The notes: generated from the letters alone by a model not told the origin. A DNA stretch of 64,000 nt from Bacteroidia bacterium (GCA_019695265.1 JAIBAJ010000001.1:34347-98346); one strand, 5' to 3'; positions 8,967 through 19,584 are shown, counted from the stretch's first letter. Numbers and translations: made by a program.

Positions 8967-10121
8967 TTGGCCAGCCTTTTACAAAATATTCCCACTTTAA
9001 GTTACTGGGAAAGTCAAAATTTGCTCTTTAATCCGGACATTTTGGTGATTGGAGCAGGAATAGTCGGATTAAATGCCGCCTATCATGCCAGGTTAAGATT
9101 TCCAAAGGCAAAGATTCTGGTTTTAGAACGTGGGCTTTTACCTATGGGTGCTAGTACCAAAAATGCAGGATTTGCTTGTTTTGGAAGTGCCGGAGAACTT
9201 TTAGACGACCTTGAAAACCAGTCGGAAACCGAGGTATTTGAATTGGTAAAAAACAGGTATGAAGGACTACTTTTACTTCGAGAAACTTTGGGGGATCAAG
9301 CCATGGAATTTAGTCCTTGTGGCGGATATGAACTTTTTTTACCCGAAGAAGCTGAGCATTTTCGAAATTGCTATTCCAAATTAGAATACCTAAATAATCA
9401 ATTAGCTGGCATTCATGGTCAAGAAAACACCTATTCTGAACCCAGCTATAAAATTGATCAATTTGGATTCAAGCAAGTACAATCCATCCTCTTTAACCGT
9501 TTAGAAGGCTCTATTCATACAGGTAAAACCATGGTGGCCTTATGGAAAAAATGTATTGAATCCAACATTATGGTATTGAATGGATTTGAATGCTTAGAAC
9601 TCATTTCATCCAAGTCAGGATATGAAATAAAACTCCAACAAGGATTAAGCATTCATGCTGAACAGGTTGTGGTAGCAACAAATGCCTTTGGCAAACAATT
9701 AATTCCGGAATTAGAAATTCAACCCGGAAGAGCCCAGGTATTAATAACTTCACCAATTGAAAATTTGCCTTTTTCAGGCACCTTCCATTTTGACCGGGGC
9801 TATTATTATTTCCGAAATGTAGGAAACCGGGTGTTGTTTGGAGGAGGAAGGAATTTGGACTTTGAAGGAGAACAAAGCTATGACTTTCAGCTAAGCGCTA
9901 TTATTCAAAACCAATTAGAAGAATATTTGCACCAAGTTATCCTTCCCGGAAAAAACTTCGAAATCGAACAGCGATGGAGTGGAATAATGGGATTAGGTCC
10001 GAACAAAGGCACCATTTTGAAAAAGCTAGAAACGGGTTTAGTGGTTGCCGTTCGAATGGGAGGAATGGGTGTTGCCCTGGGAAGCCTGGTTGGTAAAAAA
10101 GCTTCTGAACTTTTGAATTAG
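8967..10121 (+). CDS. FAD-dependent oxidoreductase (DAO/glycine-oxidase-like family)
   Basis: Rossmann dinucleotide motif ILVIGAGIVGLNAAYH near the N-terminus, 384 aa. The ORF-track start is a TTG at 8967; the true start is uncertain. Confidence 0.65.
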   Translation: MASLLQNIPTLSYWESQNLLFNPDILVIGAGIVGLNAAYHARLRFPKAKILVLERGLLPMGASTKNAGFACFGSAGELLDDLENQSETEVFELVKNRYEGLLLLRETLGDQAMEFSPCGGYELFLPEEAEHFRNCYSKLEYLNNQLAGIHGQENTYSEPSYKIDQFGFKQVQSILFNRLEGSIHTGKTMVALWKKCIESNIMVLNGFECLELISSKSGYEIKLQQGLSIHAEQVVVATNAFGKQLIPELEIQPGRAQVLITSPIENLPFSGTFHFDRGYYYFRNVGNRVLFGGGRNLDFEGEQSYDFQLSAIIQNQLEEYLHQVILPGKNFEIEQRWSGIMGLGPNKGTILKKLETGLVVAVRMGGMGVALGSLVGKKASELLN

Positions 10122-12502
10122 TTTTCCTTCTTGATGTGTAATTTCTCCAAATCCACATCTTCTTCTTCATCGTAATACTGTAACCATGGATCTTCAAAGG
10201 TTTTCCGGGTATTGGCTTTGTCGATACTTAATAACATGGACGGAAGAATAAACAAATTGGAAAACATGGCCACAACCAAAGTGAAAGAAGTTAGAATACC
10301 CAAGGCCTTGGTTCCCCCAAAAGTGGAAAAACTAAAAATCCCAAAACCGCAAAACAAAACAACGGAGGTATAAATAATACCAATACTTGCTTCCTTCAAG
10401 GCTGCATTTACGGCCTTTTTAATATTCCAGTCGTGGTTTTTCAATTCTTGTCTGTATTTAGCTAAAAAGTGAATAGTATTATCAACTGCAATACCAAAAG
10501 CAATACTAAAAACCAAAATGGTAGAAGGTTTTATAGCGATATCCGCCATTCCCATAATTGCTGCGGTTAATACAAGCGGAATCAAATTGGGGACCAGGCA
10601 TACAAATACCATTTGAAAATTCGAGAACATTCCTGCCATCAGCAATGCAGTTAATACCAAGGCCCAAAACAAGCTTGAGTATAAATCATCAATTAAATAG
10701 TCAGTTCCTTTTAAAAAAACAATACTGGTACCTGTCATTGTAACCTCGTACTTTTTAGGATCAAAAATGCTATCGATTTTCGGCCTTAATTCCTTCTTTA
10801 TCCTATGCAATTCCAATGTTCCGATATCCTTCATATGAGCACTCACTCTTGTAACCTGCCTATTGCTATCGATAAAGCTTTTCAGCATGTTTTGCTTTTG
10901 TTTTCCAACCTGAACATATTGCAAAATAAACACTTGCTCCTGGCTTGAAGGCAAACTATACATCGTACTATCTCCATAGTAAAAGCCTTGTTTTGAAAAC
11001 TTCAATACTTCATTAATGGACAAAGGCCGGGCAAACTCTTTATACTTAGCTAACTCCTCTTGCAACTTCTCCAGTTTTCTAAAAACGGAGGCATTCATAA
11101 CTCCCCTTTTACGTTTGGTATCCACACTAATTTCAAAGGGCATCACTCCGTGATAATTCTCTTCAAAATAGTGCAAATCGGTTAATACCCGGTGATCTTG
11201 CGGTAAATCATCCACGATATTGCCCGTGGTTTTTATTTTTGAAATATAGTAACCACCTAGTCCAACCAAGATAAAAGAAGCAATGTAAATGAGGTTGCGA
11301 TGAAAATGGATGATATAACTGATCCATTCTACCAGGGTATTGGTGTATTTGCTTTCCAAATGATCGGTATCCTTGCTGGATGGAGCAGGCAAATAGCTTA
11401 GCACAATGGGCATCAACGTTATACTATGCACATATAAAATCATAATTGCAATCGTACTTATCACCCCAAATTCCATAATTACCTGACTTTCAGTAAAGGC
11501 AAATGTTACAAAGCCGGCTGCAGTGGTTGCATTGGTCAAAAAAGTTGAATTCCCTACTTTGTGAATAACTCGCATAAGGGCTTTAACCTTGTTACCATGT
11601 GATTTAAATTCAAAATGATACTTATTGAGAATGAAAACACAGTTTGGAACACCTAATACAATCAATAGCGTAGGAACAATAGCAGTGAGAACCGAAATTT
11701 TATATCCGAATAAAACATTAAGTCCCATGCACCAAATTACCCCAATGCCTACAGTAAGCATGGAATAAAAAACCACACTGAACGATCGGAAGAAGAAATA
11801 CATAATTAAGGCCAATGCCAAAGCAGCCAAAATCATGAAAACCCTTAATTCGCGCTGAACCAATACCGAAAGCACTGTTCGAATGTATGGCAAACCCGAA
11901 TAGTGTACTTCCATGCCTGAAGTTTGACCATAGCTATCTCCAATTTCTTGAACACGTTCTATAAAATCATTTCTTCCTTTACTATCCAATAATTTCCTAT
12001 TCATGGTTACCGCCATCATGTAACTATGAGTTTCAGGATTGTACAGAATATCGCGGTAAAATGGTAAAGACAAAACAAGGTTCTTAACCGAATCCAATTC
12101 CACCTGACTATCCGGACGTTTAGTAAAGATAGGCTTAAACTCAAACTTCTTCAATGAGTCGTTTCGAACCAGGTTATAAACACTGGCAACGCTCACCACC
12201 CCTTCCACACCATTCAAATTCTTTAATTCCTGGCTTAAATCATACCATTTCTGAAAATGATCCAATCGGAACATGTTGGAATCGGAAATACCAATAACAA
12301 ATACATTTCCATCTTCACCAAAGGTTTTCTTAAACCGTTCATATTCTATGTAAGTAGTATCGTCGGTTGGGAGCAATTTGGCAAAATCATACCGAATTTC
12401 ATTTTTTGAGGCAAGCCAACCAAACCAAACCGTGATGGCCATGGTTACCACCAAAATAACTAATCGTTTTCGCAATAGAAACCTTCCTATAACCTGCCAC
12501 AT
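10118..12502 (-). CDS. MMPL/RND-superfamily membrane transporter (HAE3-like exporter)
   Basis: 794 aa with two 5-6 TM bundles separated by periplasmic loops. Matches the SSD/MMPL family profile (GIGVDYSIH-like regions). Confidence 0.65.
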   Translation of the reverse strand: MWQVIGRFLLRKRLVILVVTMAITVWFGWLASKNEIRYDFAKLLPTDDTTYIEYERFKKTFGEDGNVFVIGISDSNMFRLDHFQKWYDLSQELKNLNGVEGVVSVASVYNLVRNDSLKKFEFKPIFTKRPDSQVELDSVKNLVLSLPFYRDILYNPETHSYMMAVTMNRKLLDSKGRNDFIERVQEIGDSYGQTSGMEVHYSGLPYIRTVLSVLVQRELRVFMILAALALALIMYFFFRSFSVVFYSMLTVGIGVIWCMGLNVLFGYKISVLTAIVPTLLIVLGVPNCVFILNKYHFEFKSHGNKVKALMRVIHKVGNSTFLTNATTAAGFVTFAFTESQVIMEFGVISTIAIMILYVHSITLMPIVLSYLPAPSSKDTDHLESKYTNTLVEWISYIIHFHRNLIYIASFILVGLGGYYISKIKTTGNIVDDLPQDHRVLTDLHYFEENYHGVMPFEISVDTKRKRGVMNASVFRKLEKLQEELAKYKEFARPLSINEVLKFSKQGFYYGDSTMYSLPSSQEQVFILQYVQVGKQKQNMLKSFIDSNRQVTRVSAHMKDIGTLELHRIKKELRPKIDSIFDPKKYEVTMTGTSIVFLKGTDYLIDDLYSSLFWALVLTALLMAGMFSNFQMVFVCLVPNLIPLVLTAAIMGMADIAIKPSTILVFSIAFGIAVDNTIHFLAKYRQELKNHDWNIKKAVNAALKEASIGIIYTSVVLFCGFGIFSFSTFGGTKALGILTSFTLVVAMFSNLFILPSMLLSIDKANTRKTFEDPWLQYYDEEEDVDLEKLHIKKEN

Positions 12503-12671
12503 GGTATCATAAATGGAGCGCGAAGGTAGTGGAATATATGTTCTAACCAGCTAACTTGGTTCCTATTCACCTTGGATTAACAAAACAGGCAGAAAGTTTA
12601 ATATACCTTTCACCTAATTTATACTTCCTTAACAGTCAATCCACTATACATTTTCATGCCGGTAAACAGAC

Positions 12672-13187
12672 TTATCCTTCCTTAGGATTAGCAGGACCAT
12701 CCAGGAGAAGCTGATAAAAAACCAAATCCAACCATTTCCCAAATTTGTATCCCACCTGTTTGAAATGTGCCACCGGTTCAAAACCAAACTTCCGATGTAA
12801 GGCTATGCTAACCAGATTTTCGGCATCAATTCCGGCCACTAAGGTATGTACTTCGTTTTTTTGAGCCTCCTGAATAAGTTTGGAATACAATTCAATCCCT
12901 ATTCCTTTTCCTTGATGAAGAGGATGCACATAAACCGAACTCTCCATAGTATATTGGTAGGCTGCCCAAGCTCTGAATGGGCCATACGAAGCAAAACCTA
13001 CTACCCTACCTTGTTCCAAAGCCACCAATACCGGATGCCCCAATCTACATTTCTCTTCCCACCATTGCCTTCGCATTTCCAGGCTATGTGCCTGATAGTT
13101 ATATACCGCAGTTGTATTTAAAATGGCATGGTTGTAAATCTCTAAAATACCTTCTAAATCCTGCCCTTGTGCAAATTGTATCTCCAT
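12672..13187 (-). CDS. GNAT family N-acetyltransferase (phosphinothricin-acetyltransferase-like)
   Basis: 171 aa. ILEIYNHAI..TAVY..Q and GKGIGIELYSKLIQEA fit the PAT/GNAT fold. Confidence 0.7.
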   Translation of the reverse strand: MEIQFAQGQDLEGILEIYNHAILNTTAVYNYQAHSLEMRRQWWEEKCRLGHPVLVALEQGRVVGFASYGPFRAWAAYQYTMESSVYVHPLHQGKGIGIELYSKLIQEAQKNEVHTLVAGIDAENLVSIALHRKFGFEPVAHFKQVGYKFGKWLDLVFYQLLLDGPANPKEG

Positions 13188-13487
13188 GACTTTTAATGCC
13201 CAAAACTAAACATATTTCTATGGAAATAGTATTCCTTACAACCTGAGTTTTAGCAACTTTTCCTTTTCCCAAAAACCCCAAAAAATTAATGTGTGTTAAA
13301 CTACCAATGTTATTTGAGAAATAGGCAAAAAACATTTGTTAAATAGCAATGGCAAATGCCGATGCAAATTTTTATAATAAACCTTCCTATTTTTGGAACA
13401 AGTGCTCATTTTATGGTGCTAAGGTTTCATAAAAATCCTGGCACCTCATGCATTTGGGTTTAAGAATGCCTTTACTTTGCTAACGAA

Positions 13488-15017
13488 ATGTCTACCCTCA
13501 AAAAACTATTTTCCGATACAGCTATTTATGGTGTTAGCAGCATTGTAGGGCGGATGTTGAGTTACCTGCTTACCCCGCTTTACACCTACAACCTGATACC
13601 TAAGGAATATGGGGTAGTAACCGAAATGTATGCCTACTCTTCATTTCTGAGCATTTTATTAACCTATGGCATGGAAACGGCCTTTTTCCGGTTTTACGCA
13701 GGTGAAGACAATAAGAAATCTGTTTTTGCTACGGCCATGTTTAGCTTGCTTTCCAGTTCCCTGGTTTTTCTGGTTCTGGCTTGGTTGTTCCGATGGCCAT
13801 TGGCTCATTTTCTGAATGGTTCCGGAGGAAGTGAAATGGCCGAAAACTATGCCGTTTACCTGGTTTGGTTTGCCTTGATTGTGGTAATCGACGCCATTAC
13901 CTCCATTCCGTTTGCCCGCCTCCGTGCAACCAACCGTCCGGTACGATTTGCATTAATTAAGTCCCTCAACATTCTCAGCTATGTATTCTTTAACCTCTTT
14001 TTCATCTTAGGTATTCCTTACCTGAAACAACAAGGCAGTCTTCCCTGGCTTACCTCCAACCTAGGTCAATATAAGCTGGTTAATTATATCTTCATATCCA
14101 ACTTGATTTCCAGTGGATTAACCCTTCTTTTACTCCTTCCAGAGCTTGGATTTTCCATTCGTGACATCGAAAAAAAAATGTGGAATCGGATGATACGCTA
14201 CGCACTTCCCATTCTCATAATGGGTTTGGCAGGAATGGTCAATGAAACCTTTGATCGAGTGCTACTCAAATACCTGCTACCCTTGCCCTACGATGAAAAA
14301 ATGCACCAAGTGGGTGTTTACGGCGCTTGTTACAAACTCTCCATTATCATGAGTATTTGCGTTCAAGCCTTCCGGTATGCAGCCGAGCCTTTCTTTTTTA
14401 ACCGACACAAAGAAGGAGGAGGACGAAAAATTTACGCCCAGGTAATGACCTATTTTGTATTTGGCTGTAGCCTGGTTTTCCTGGGAACCATGTTGTATAT
14501 GGATGCTATTCAATATTTTATTGGTCGAAATGGAAGTCAGTTTCTCGAAGGACTTCCCATTGTGCCCTACCTCCTCCTAGCCAACCTCTGTTTAGGTATT
14601 TATTACAATTTAGGTATTTGGTTTAAACTCACCGATAAAACCTTGTTTGGTTCCTATATTTCCATTTTTGGAGCCATCCTTACCTTGGTTCTAAACTTTA
14701 TCCTCATTCCTTGGCTGGGTTACATGGGCGCGGCATACACCACTTTAATCTGCTATTTCAGCATGATGGTTGTTTCCTATTTTTGGGGACAGAAGTACTT
14801 TCCAATCGAATACGATTTGGGCAAATTCTTAATCATTCCAGGTTTTGCACTTGGTCTATACGCCCTAAGCATTAGTTTGCAGCCGGTTTCCATGGTATTG
14901 CAAATGTCACTCAACACCGCTTACCTACTACTTTTCCTTGGGGTTTCTTACCTAATAATTTCTAAGGATTGGTTTAAATTTGTACCCAACTTCACTTCCA
15001 ACACTACCATTTCATGA
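13488..15017 (+). CDS. Polysaccharide biosynthesis protein / oligosaccharide flippase (MOP/Wzx-like)
   Basis: 509 aa with about 12-14 TM helices and a Wzx-like topology. The 3' end overlaps the dut start. Confidence 0.65.
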   Translation: MSTLKKLFSDTAIYGVSSIVGRMLSYLLTPLYTYNLIPKEYGVVTEMYAYSSFLSILLTYGMETAFFRFYAGEDNKKSVFATAMFSLLSSSLVFLVLAWLFRWPLAHFLNGSGGSEMAENYAVYLVWFALIVVIDAITSIPFARLRATNRPVRFALIKSLNILSYVFFNLFFILGIPYLKQQGSLPWLTSNLGQYKLVNYIFISNLISSGLTLLLLLPELGFSIRDIEKKMWNRMIRYALPILIMGLAGMVNETFDRVLLKYLLPLPYDEKMHQVGVYGACYKLSIIMSICVQAFRYAAEPFFFNRHKEGGGRKIYAQVMTYFVFGCSLVFLGTMLYMDAIQYFIGRNGSQFLEGLPIVPYLLLANLCLGIYYNLGIWFKLTDKTLFGSYISIFGAILTLVLNFILIPWLGYMGAAYTTLICYFSMMVVSYFWGQKYFPIEYDLGKFLIIPGFALGLYALSISLQPVSMVLQMSLNTAYLLLFLGVSYLIISKDWFKFVPNFTSNTTIS

Positions 15018-15445
15018 AAGTTCGCATCCTAAACCGCTCTCATCATCCATTGCCTTCGTATGAAACTGCTGCTGCAGCAGGCATGGATTTACGAGCCAAT
15101 TTAGATGAACCTATCGTACTTAAACCCTTAGAACGAGCCTTGGTGCCAACCGGTTTATATATGGAAATTCCGGTGGGATTTGAAGCTCAGGTGAGGCCCC
15201 GAAGCGGTTTAGCGGCCAAAAAAGGAATTACCGTTTTGAATTCTCCCGGTACCGTTGACGCCGATTACCGTGGCGAGGTGAAGGTGATTTTAGTGAATCT
15301 TTCGAACGAAAATTTCATCGTGAACGATGGGGAACGAATTGCGCAGTTGGTAATTGCGGCCCATGCTCAGGCCGAATGGGTTGAAGTAAATGAATTAAGC
15401 GAAACCGATCGGGGAGCAGGAGGATTTGGCAGTACAGGAAAATAA
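15014..15445 (+). CDS. dut: dUTP diphosphatase
   Basis: [21 protein letters not shown] and the [11 protein letters not shown] motifs are diagnostic of Dut. 143 aa. Confidence 0.92.
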   Translation: MKVRILNRSHHPLPSYETAAAAGMDLRANLDEPIVLKPLERALVPTGLYMEIPVGFEAQVRPRSGLAAKKGITVLNSPGTVDADYRGEVKVILVNLSNENFIVNDGERIAQLVIAAHAQAEWVEVNELSETDRGAGGFGSTGK

Positions 15446-15460
15446 TTTTTTGTTTCCTTT

Positions 15461-15610
15461 GGCGGGTCCCATTCGCAGAAATTTTGTGCCTTTTTCGAAG
15501 TATTTCCGGGCTCATGGTCGGGCTTTCGGCGTTACTCCTCGGCCCACTTGCTAGCGCCGCGTGGTCCTGTGGGGTAACTGCCTCTATCCCTACCCGACGG
15601 TACCCCTGAG
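15461..15610 (+). repeat. Family-1 (1b-like) intergenic structured repeat, copy B1
   Basis: GGCGGGTCCCATTCGC...ATGGTCGGGCTTTCGGCGTTACTCCTCGGCCCAC...CTGTGGGGTAACTGCCTCTATCCCTACCCG. It shares its 5' and 3' modules with the interrupted copy at 31530-31771. Confidence 0.8.
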
Positions 15611-15669
15611 CTTGGTAAACTTTAACCCACTTCAGGAACTTGAAATGTTCTATCCAAAATAGTCCTATT

Positions 15670-15827
15670 GGGGCTTGCACCCTCGGGCAACGATAGAGGC
15701 AAGTAGCCCACAGGACACCTACGGCTTTAGCCTAGGTGGACGAGGACTACAGCCGAAAGCGTGACCCGAACGCCAATGCATTTATGATGGGGATTTGCAA
15801 AAAGCCAGGATGGCGGAGGGGGCCCGC
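15670..15827 (-). repeat. Family-1a repeat, copy B2, in inverted orientation to B1
   Basis: Its reverse complement matches copies A, C and F almost base for base (GGCGTTCGGGTCACGCTTTCGGCTGTAGTCCTCGTCCACCTAGGCTAAAGCCGTAGG...CTACTTGCCTCTATCGTTGCCC). It ends with GGCGGAGGGGGCCCGC. Confidence 0.85.
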
Positions 15828-15863
15828 ATAAAAACCAACTTAATCTTCAAAAAACCAACCGAA

Positions 15864-17249
15864 TTAGTAGCCCAAATCGCCTCGTACATAAATAAGTTCC
15901 ATCACCCCTTTGATGAACTTGGCCCGGTACTCGGCCAGCTTTAATTCCGCATCCATCCAGCGGGTTTCGCGGGTGTTGAGCAAAAACAGACTGCTTTCGC
16001 CGGAGTCAAACTTCATTTTCTCGGCCGACAAAAGTTGCTTACTGAGGCGGGCATTTTGCTCTGCATTGGACAATTGCTGACTAAGGATGTTCAGGTTTTT
16101 TTGAATTACCTCCAACTTCAGGTCCAATTCATTCCGTTTGGTGGTTAAATCGAGGGCATTGTTTTGGAGATTCAACTTCGCAATTTTATAATCGTTTCGG
16201 GCCGAACGAAGCAGCAAAGGCATAGCAAACTGCACCCCCCACTTGTAATTGGAGGTATTAAAGAGGGCGTTGGAAGAAGGCGAATTACCAAGAAAATTGT
16301 ACTTCACGTCCAACTTGGGTTTAATCATTTCGGCTCTAAACTTTTTTTCCACCTCCAGAACTTGTTGATAGGCCTGGTACTTAGAAATTTCGGGATTCAC
16401 TTGAGGTCCGGCGGCCAACAATTGCAAATATTTGGTTTTCATCCAATTATAAGTTTGTTCCAAACTATCTTCCACGGCCAAAGTGCCACGCATGGAGAAT
16501 TCCTGATTGGGGGCCAACCAATTTTGAGCAAGCAGAAAATTCTCCACTTTATTCAAATCCATTTTTACGCTTTGCACTTGCAGGAGGCGGCTTTGCAGGA
16601 GAATAAAGGCTTCGACCGAATCGATTGCGGCATTTTCGCCAATTTCGGCCAAGGATTTTATGCCTTGAAAGCGTTTATCGGCCAGGTCGAGAAAGTAAGT
16701 AGAAAGACTAAGTTCCTTAAGAGTAAAAATCCAATCGAAATATGCTACAGAAGCCTGGTAGAGAAGTTCGTTCTGCAAACGGTTTTTCTCGGCATCGTAG
16801 TACTTTTCATAGCCTTTAGCTTTCAGCAATTCGGCTCGGCGCTTGTCAATGAACATTCCTTGTCCGAGGGCGGTTTCCACTCCAATAAATGGCAATCCGG
16901 CAGCGGGAGTTTTCTCTTCAGGATTGAGGTAAACCCCTTGTGAAAAGCCATAACCTGCTGAAAGGTATTGAGAAGCGAACAAAGGTTGTTTAACCTGGAG
17001 ATTAAGGACTGAATAGTAGTTTTTACCATCGAAGGTTTTGTTATCGAAATCGCCCGACAAGAATGGATCGAACCCGCCTTGGGCTGAGCGTTTAGCCAAA
17101 CGGCCCATTTCTCCAACATTATTGGCTTTTTGAAACAAAGGGTGATTGGACTTAACCCTTTCCAGGAATGCTTGAAAGCCGAGGTTTTCCTGAGCTTTTG
17201 TTTGAAGTGCCAGGAAGGAAAGCAGGAACAGAAGGAGTTTATTTTTCAT
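15864..17249 (-). CDS. TolC-family outer membrane efflux protein
   Basis: Signal peptide MKNKLLLFLLSFLALQTKAQE, about 460 aa of helical/barrel repeats typical of OEP/TolC. The start overlaps the upstream HlyD gene stop by 11 bp, which indicates an operon. Confidence 0.75.
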   Translation of the reverse strand: MKNKLLLFLLSFLALQTKAQENLGFQAFLERVKSNHPLFQKANNVGEMGRLAKRSAQGGFDPFLSGDFDNKTFDGKNYYSVLNLQVKQPLFASQYLSAGYGFSQGVYLNPEEKTPAAGLPFIGVETALGQGMFIDKRRAELLKAKGYEKYYDAEKNRLQNELLYQASVAYFDWIFTLKELSLSTYFLDLADKRFQGIKSLAEIGENAAIDSVEAFILLQSRLLQVQSVKMDLNKVENFLLAQNWLAPNQEFSMRGTLAVEDSLEQTYNWMKTKYLQLLAAGPQVNPEISKYQAYQQVLEVEKKFRAEMIKPKLDVKYNFLGNSPSSNALFNTSNYKWGVQFAMPLLLRSARNDYKIAKLNLQNNALDLTTKRNELDLKLEVIQKNLNILSQQLSNAEQNARLSKQLLSAEKMKFDSGESSLFLLNTRETRWMDAELKLAEYRAKFIKGVMELIYVRGDLGY

Positions 17250-19584
17250 TTTTACCCTCCTTCGAATCCAGGCTTTTGGTTTGTGGTTTATAGAATTCGG
17301 GCGGGAAACCATTGATTTTTCGCCAAATTTCGTACACTACCGGAACTTCTTTCAGTATTAATATTCCTTTTACCCCACTACCAACCTGAATAGAAACCGG
17401 CCAAGATTCACTATCCTTTTTAGCCAGCACTCGAAACTTACCATTGGGAGAAATTACCTTATCTACCGACACCACGGTAGCCTGGTAGGTACCAAAACTG
17501 ATACCGGGCCAACCGCTAAACACAAAGGCCGGCCAGCCATCGAACGTAAGCTGCATGGATTGTCCTTTTTCCACTAATGGAAGATCCATGGGTTCAATAT
17601 AAACCTCTACGGAATAATTACCCAGGTTAGGAACAAAGCTTACCAAGGCTTCACCTTCTTTGGTTAAATCACCAACACCTTGTTTAAAGGTACGGGTAAT
17701 AAATCCATCCTGGGGGCAAAGCACATAGTAATAAGAATTTCGAATGCTATAGTTTGACAATTGGTTTTGCATTTTTGTTAATCCCGCTTCGGCATCATAG
17801 AGCGTTGATAAAGTGGAGAACTTTTCAGATTCGGCCTTCATCAGCTTTTCGTTGTATTCCTGTTTAATGGCATTCAGTTCAATGTAAGCATTGGTAAGGT
17901 CATTTTTAGAAATCATAAATTTGTTTTCAGCCTCAATTACTTTGGCATGGCTATCTTGCAATTTAGCTTTACGGTTTTCAAAATCAGTTTTTGAAATTAC
18001 CCCTTTGCTCAGGAGGGATTCAAAACGTTGAAATTGTTCCGAAGTAATGGTGTAATTATTGGCGATGGAAGCATAGTTTGCACTATCGGATTTTACTTTA
18101 CCCTGCATTTGGGTTACTTTGTTTTTAACCTGCTGCATTTTAAGCGGATAAGCCTTGTTGATGGCATCTATTTGCGCATCGATGGAATTAATTTTACTTT
18201 CATAGGAATGGATGGAAGATTCTTTTGAATTGACCTGAGCCTGGGTTCTTTCCACCAATTTAGGATCCATATAATCCTCTTTAATTTCTGAAATCAAGGC
18301 AATGGTATCTCCTTTTTTAAGGAAATCACCTTCCTTAATAAACCAACGTTCGATACGACCCGAAATACGGGAGGTAATGTTTTGGGGGCGATCGGTAGGA
18401 TTCAAGGTGGTAACTGCACCTTCCGACTGAATGGTTTGGTTCCAAGGCAGAAAGAGGGTTATGATGGAAATTCCACCGATTGTATAAAGTATGGTTTTAA
18501 TTTTCTTTGAATAGGTGTGGTTATAAATTCTATCGAGAAAACGTTTGTAAAGTCCATCGTACTTCAGGTGGGTTTGATAATCTTCCTGTTGATCTAATTC
18601 CAGCACTTGGTATAGCTTTTCCGTAGCGGTTAGAACATCATAAATGGTACGAAGCTCCACAACAATTTTCTCGACACCATTAATAATGAGAACCACCAAA
18701 ATTTCAGAAGCCACAAATTGGCCGATATTAAGCAAACCCCATTGAACGAAAAGCACACCAACCAGAAGAATGAGTGAAGTAAACAATACCTTAAATAGGA
18801 GAATGCTTTTGAACTGCAATTCCAGAATTTGAAAATTTTTGGTTTTGGTTTCCAGGTAATGGCTCAATTTTTCTTCGGTTTCATGAAAAATAAAGGGAGC
18901 ATCCATGGTTTTATCCTGGTTCTTTAAACCAATAAAAACATTTTGCAACCAATCAACAAACTGGTATTTTCGTTTTGATTCATTCAAGCTAGCCTCCATA
19001 GAACGTTGTCCATAGTATCGAAGCAAAAAATAATACAACACCGAAACTACAAGGGTAAAAGACAAAAAAAGAGGGCTGTATGCCGATAGAATCAGTAAAC
19101 AAAAGGCGATACTTATAGCGGCAAATGAAATATCAATGAGAATTTTAGTAAGTCCTTTTTGAAGGGTTAATACATCGAAAAACTGGTTTATTTTACTTGG
19201 GATGTATTCATTGAGGTAAAGATCCGATTTAAGGTGGGCTACTTTTTCGGCAAATTTTACTCCAAAAAACACCAAAATACTTTGCTGAATGGTCTCATTT
19301 ATTCTCATTTGCCAAAGCTGGAATGCAGAAACAAAAACCAGACAAAGAATAGTGAGTGTGCAGAGTAAGAACAAGGACGACGATAACTTACCGGTCATGG
19401 TATAGGTTACAACGGCTTGAATTCCGAGAGGAACCGCTACATAAAAAAGGCTTTGCAGGGCCGAAAGGAGATAAATTCGACGAATATTTGCCCGAAGGGG
19501 TTGGAGCAATTGCAGGAGTCTGTTTAATTCAATCATGGTTTGCAAAAGTACACACGGATTTGAAAATGATAGTATTGCTATCAT
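17239..19584 (-). CDS. Fusion protein: N-terminal ABC-exporter transmembrane domain (no ATPase domain) + C-terminal HlyD-family membrane fusion protein
   Basis: The first ~330 aa are a 6-TM ABC_membrane-like domain ending in the canonical TMD-NBD linker ATEKLYQVLELDQQED. It runs directly into an HlyD N-terminal TM helix (ILYTIGGISIITLFL), the biotinyl/lipoyl-like hairpin motif (IKEGDFLKKGDTIALISE) and a long coiled coil. No Walker A/B or ABC signature motif is present. Confidence 0.6.
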   Translation of the reverse strand: MIAILSFSNPCVLLQTMIELNRLLQLLQPLRANIRRIYLLSALQSLFYVAVPLGIQAVVTYTMTGKLSSSLFLLCTLTILCLVFVSAFQLWQMRINETIQQSILVFFGVKFAEKVAHLKSDLYLNEYIPSKINQFFDVLTLQKGLTKILIDISFAAISIAFCLLILSAYSPLFLSFTLVVSVLYYFLLRYYGQRSMEASLNESKRKYQFVDWLQNVFIGLKNQDKTMDAPFIFHETEEKLSHYLETKTKNFQILELQFKSILLFKVLFTSLILLVGVLFVQWGLLNIGQFVASEILVVLIINGVEKIVVELRTIYDVLTATEKLYQVLELDQQEDYQTHLKYDGLYKRFLDRIYNHTYSKKIKTILYTIGGISIITLFLPWNQTIQSEGAVTTLNPTDRPQNITSRISGRIERWFIKEGDFLKKGDTIALISEIKEDYMDPKLVERTQAQVNSKESSIHSYESKINSIDAQIDAINKAYPLKMQQVKNKVTQMQGKVKSDSANYASIANNYTITSEQFQRFESLLSKGVISKTDFENRKAKLQDSHAKVIEAENKFMISKNDLTNAYIELNAIKQEYNEKLMKAESEKFSTLSTLYDAEAGLTKMQNQLSNYSIRNSYYYVLCPQDGFITRTFKQGVGDLTKEGEALVSFVPNLGNYSVEVYIEPMDLPLVEKGQSMQLTFDGWPAFVFSGWPGISFGTYQATVVSVDKVISPNGKFRVLAKKDSESWPVSIQVGSGVKGILILKEVPVVYEIWRKINGFPPEFYKPQTKSLDSKEGKNEK

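Noticed and set aside
8967-8969. TTG start given by the ORF track for the FAD oxidoreductase; similar TTG starts for the ORF-track icmF (59178) and edge-ORF (63946) calls
   Set aside because: Kept as nominal coordinates for the oxidoreductase only because no in-frame ATG precedes the Rossmann motif. For icmF the ATG at 59187 is preferred. The true starts are unresolved without homologue alignment.
10118-10121. 4-bp overlap between the FAD oxidoreductase stop and the MMPL transporter stop (convergent)
   Set aside because: Convergent overlaps of a few bp are common, so this was not treated as evidence of a miscalled gene.
16164-16943. 259-aa plus-strand ORF
   Set aside because: Entirely antisense within the TolC-family gene, with no motifs. 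Typical spurious ORF opposite a well-supported CDS.
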